Source: the human T2T-CHM13v2.0 reference genome, Homo sapiens. Taken from it: a DNA stretch of 64,000 nt. Position 1 is the first letter of the stretch. Each line of letters starts with the position of its first letter. Under the pieces are notes generated by a model. It was not told where the DNA came from and made no database searches. It was given only the letters and a program-made list of their open reading frames with translations. The stretch lies in assembly GCF_009914755.1 (NCBI RefSeq), contig NC_060926.1. One strand, 5' to 3'. Below are positions 61,269 to 64,000 of this stretch, piece by piece. Made by a program: the position numbers and the translations under genes.

Positions 61269-61982
61269 TCAAATAGTTCACTTTTTAACCGATCTTACTG
61301 CTCTCACACTTTATCATAGGCATCTGAAAGAAGCCAAATGGCACTTTAAAATGTACTGTTTGGAAGTCTGTACACCCAAATTCATGAGTTCATTCTTTCT
61401 TTCCTGTAACTGAAACATGAGTCCCATTTTTTCCTGTCTCTAATAACAATTTCCTCACTGTCTTTCAAATTATCACTAGTAATTTACAGGAGGTCTCTAC
61501 CTGCCACCCTGGCCTCCTCTTAGTAAGTGGTTATTGTGAGGGAGAGAATGATTTGCAGCCATTTTTTCCACCTAAGTGTGGTTTCATTGTTTCCTTAAAT
61601 TGATATTTTTTTTTCTTGAATTGAATTTCTAGACAACTATTTCAATGGAAATTTTGCCACAGAGATGCATTCCATATCTATCTTTTAGCTCTTTTGCTGT
61701 TGTTTTTGGGCTGTTATAAGCATATTTGTGTTTTATTCACCTATTAGGAAATGCATATGTTAATATTAATAAATATAACTACATTATAGTAGACAGGAAT
61801 AGTTAATATATGTAGTATATATTGAATAAATGCTTGCCATTATTTTGAGATAATTTTATTTTGCTGCCAGAAAGATTTGTGTGTGGAAATGTTTCATTTG
61901 TCCTTACTTTTTTAAAGAACTGAATTTACAATGTAGTTGGAAGATATCTCTATATTAATTATTAAATTTATTCTTTTTCTAG

Positions 61983-62135
<153 letters not shown>

Positions 62136-62887
62136 TGATAGAAACTGTTGTTTAATATATGTTTACAGTTATTTGAAGCCTATTTAATATCAGAAAGACT
62201 ACATTTTAAAAACATCTTTTTACTTGAAAGATTAAGAGACTGCTGCTTTTTTTGTAATAGTAGTTAAGTGTATATATGCCAATCTAATTATAAATGTCAC
62301 TTATTAACATCATAAAAGTTTTTGATCTCTAACATATTTGTCCTATCCAGTTGAGTCAAACATTAAATATTCAGTATTAAACAGTAGCAGATTTTGAAAC
62401 AAGGCCTTTGAAGTTACAAATAACAGATTCTTCAAATGATACATATGATGGCATTATTTAGCTCAGAATCAAGAATATCTTCTGATGGCCTTAAAATGAT
62501 TTTTAAAAAGTAGTTCTTTACTAATCCTTGAGAAGACTAATAGTTCTAAAGATTGTGAATAGTGTGAAGTTATGAGAGACTTTTAGTAAATGAGCATATT
62601 TTTGCTATACCGGATCCATTCAGGTAATAGGTTTGTAAGGAGAAAGTATTGCATGGCTGTTAGAAGCTTGGACTTACCTAGTTTAGCCAATTACTAGTCG
62701 TGTAACAATCCATATTAGGTGTGGCTGAGTATAATCAGTTAACCAGAATATTACCTTTTGAAACCTTTGTTTCAAGCAATAACTTAAAGCAGTATTTTTG
62801 TGTAGTTATTACTCTTATTTGAGTTTGGCTATCATAACCAAAACAATTAGGTGTACTCTGAGTATAATTTGTATTTTTGCAAAAGAA

Positions 62888-63197
62888 ATTTTTATTTATT
62901 TATTTTTTTATCTTGTGACTGGGTCTTGCTCTGTCACCCAGGCTAGAGTGCAGTGGCATAATCATAGTTGAGTGCAACCTGGAACTCCTGGGGTCAACCA
63001 GCCCCTGCTGCCTCAGCCTCCTGAGTAGCTGGGAACTGCAGGCATACCACCACACCCAGCTAATTTTTAAAATTTTTTAGAGAGATGAAGTCTCACTTTG
63101 TTGTCCAGGCTGGTTTCAAACTCCAGGTCTCAAGCAGTCCTCCCGCCTCAGCCTCCCAAAGTGCTGGGATTACAGGCGTGACCCACCACCCCTGGCC
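62888..63197 (-). mobile_element. AluJ
   Basis: Antisense dimer. Confidence 0.92.
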
Positions 63198-63312
63198 CAA
63201 TAGAAACCTTCATAGAATATCATTTAACTTTCAATTGCTTAAAATATTTTAGCTAATTTTTATATATATTTAATGTTTGATGCGTTGCTGATTTTTTTGA
63301 ATTACCTTTTCA

Positions 63313-63661
<349 letters not shown>

Positions 63662-63668
63662 GATGTGT

Positions 63669-63670
<2 letters not shown>

Positions 63671-63700
<30 letters not shown>
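63671..63700. repeat. (AC)15 microsatellite in an Alu tail region, ~80 nt upstream of exon 25
   Basis: Directly visible perfect repeat. Confidence 0.95.
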
Positions 63701-63701
<1 letters not shown>

Positions 63702-63766
63702 AATGAGCCTGATACATTAATCAGTGATGTGGCTTGCTGATTTGTTTTCACTCTATAGTAAGTTGA

Positions 63767-63901
<135 letters not shown>

Positions 63902-64000
63902 TAGATTTAAGTCAACTTAAGAAGTAGATTTAAGTACATAACAAAATATTGCAGTCAAGATCCATGTATATAGCCAGTTACTCTCAGTCACAGAAAGATT

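Overview
Primate genomic DNA, human or a very close great ape, covering the internal part of the NBEAL1 (neurobeachin-like 1) gene on the + strand. I reconstructed 25 consecutive GT-AG coding exons (62..63880; 3936 nt = 1312 codons). They splice with consistent phases and no stop, and encode the helical middle region, a Ser/acidic insert, the PH-like domain and the BEACH domain; neither the start nor the stop codon is in the window. The introns are AT-rich and dense in repeats: about 60 Alus plus L1, L2, MIR, MLT1/ERV LTRs and MER5/MER30/MER58/MER85 DNA-transposon relics. Nearly all other ORFs in the track are Alu or intron noise. I see no new multi-gene system. The most interesting observations are: (i) a ~1.5-kb polyadenylated, TSD-flanked insert that splits an AluJ and carries an older L1 fragment (candidate retrocopy or orphan transduction, 36199-37697); (ii) a ~190-bp inverted duplication fused to an Alu piece resembling another nearby Alu (template-switch signature, 49557-50352); (iii) a MER85 piggyBac MITE with an intact CSB-PGBD3 palindrome; (iv) cryptic-exon and inverted-Alu splicing candidates. 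Repeat boundaries and subfamilies were read by eye and are approximate.
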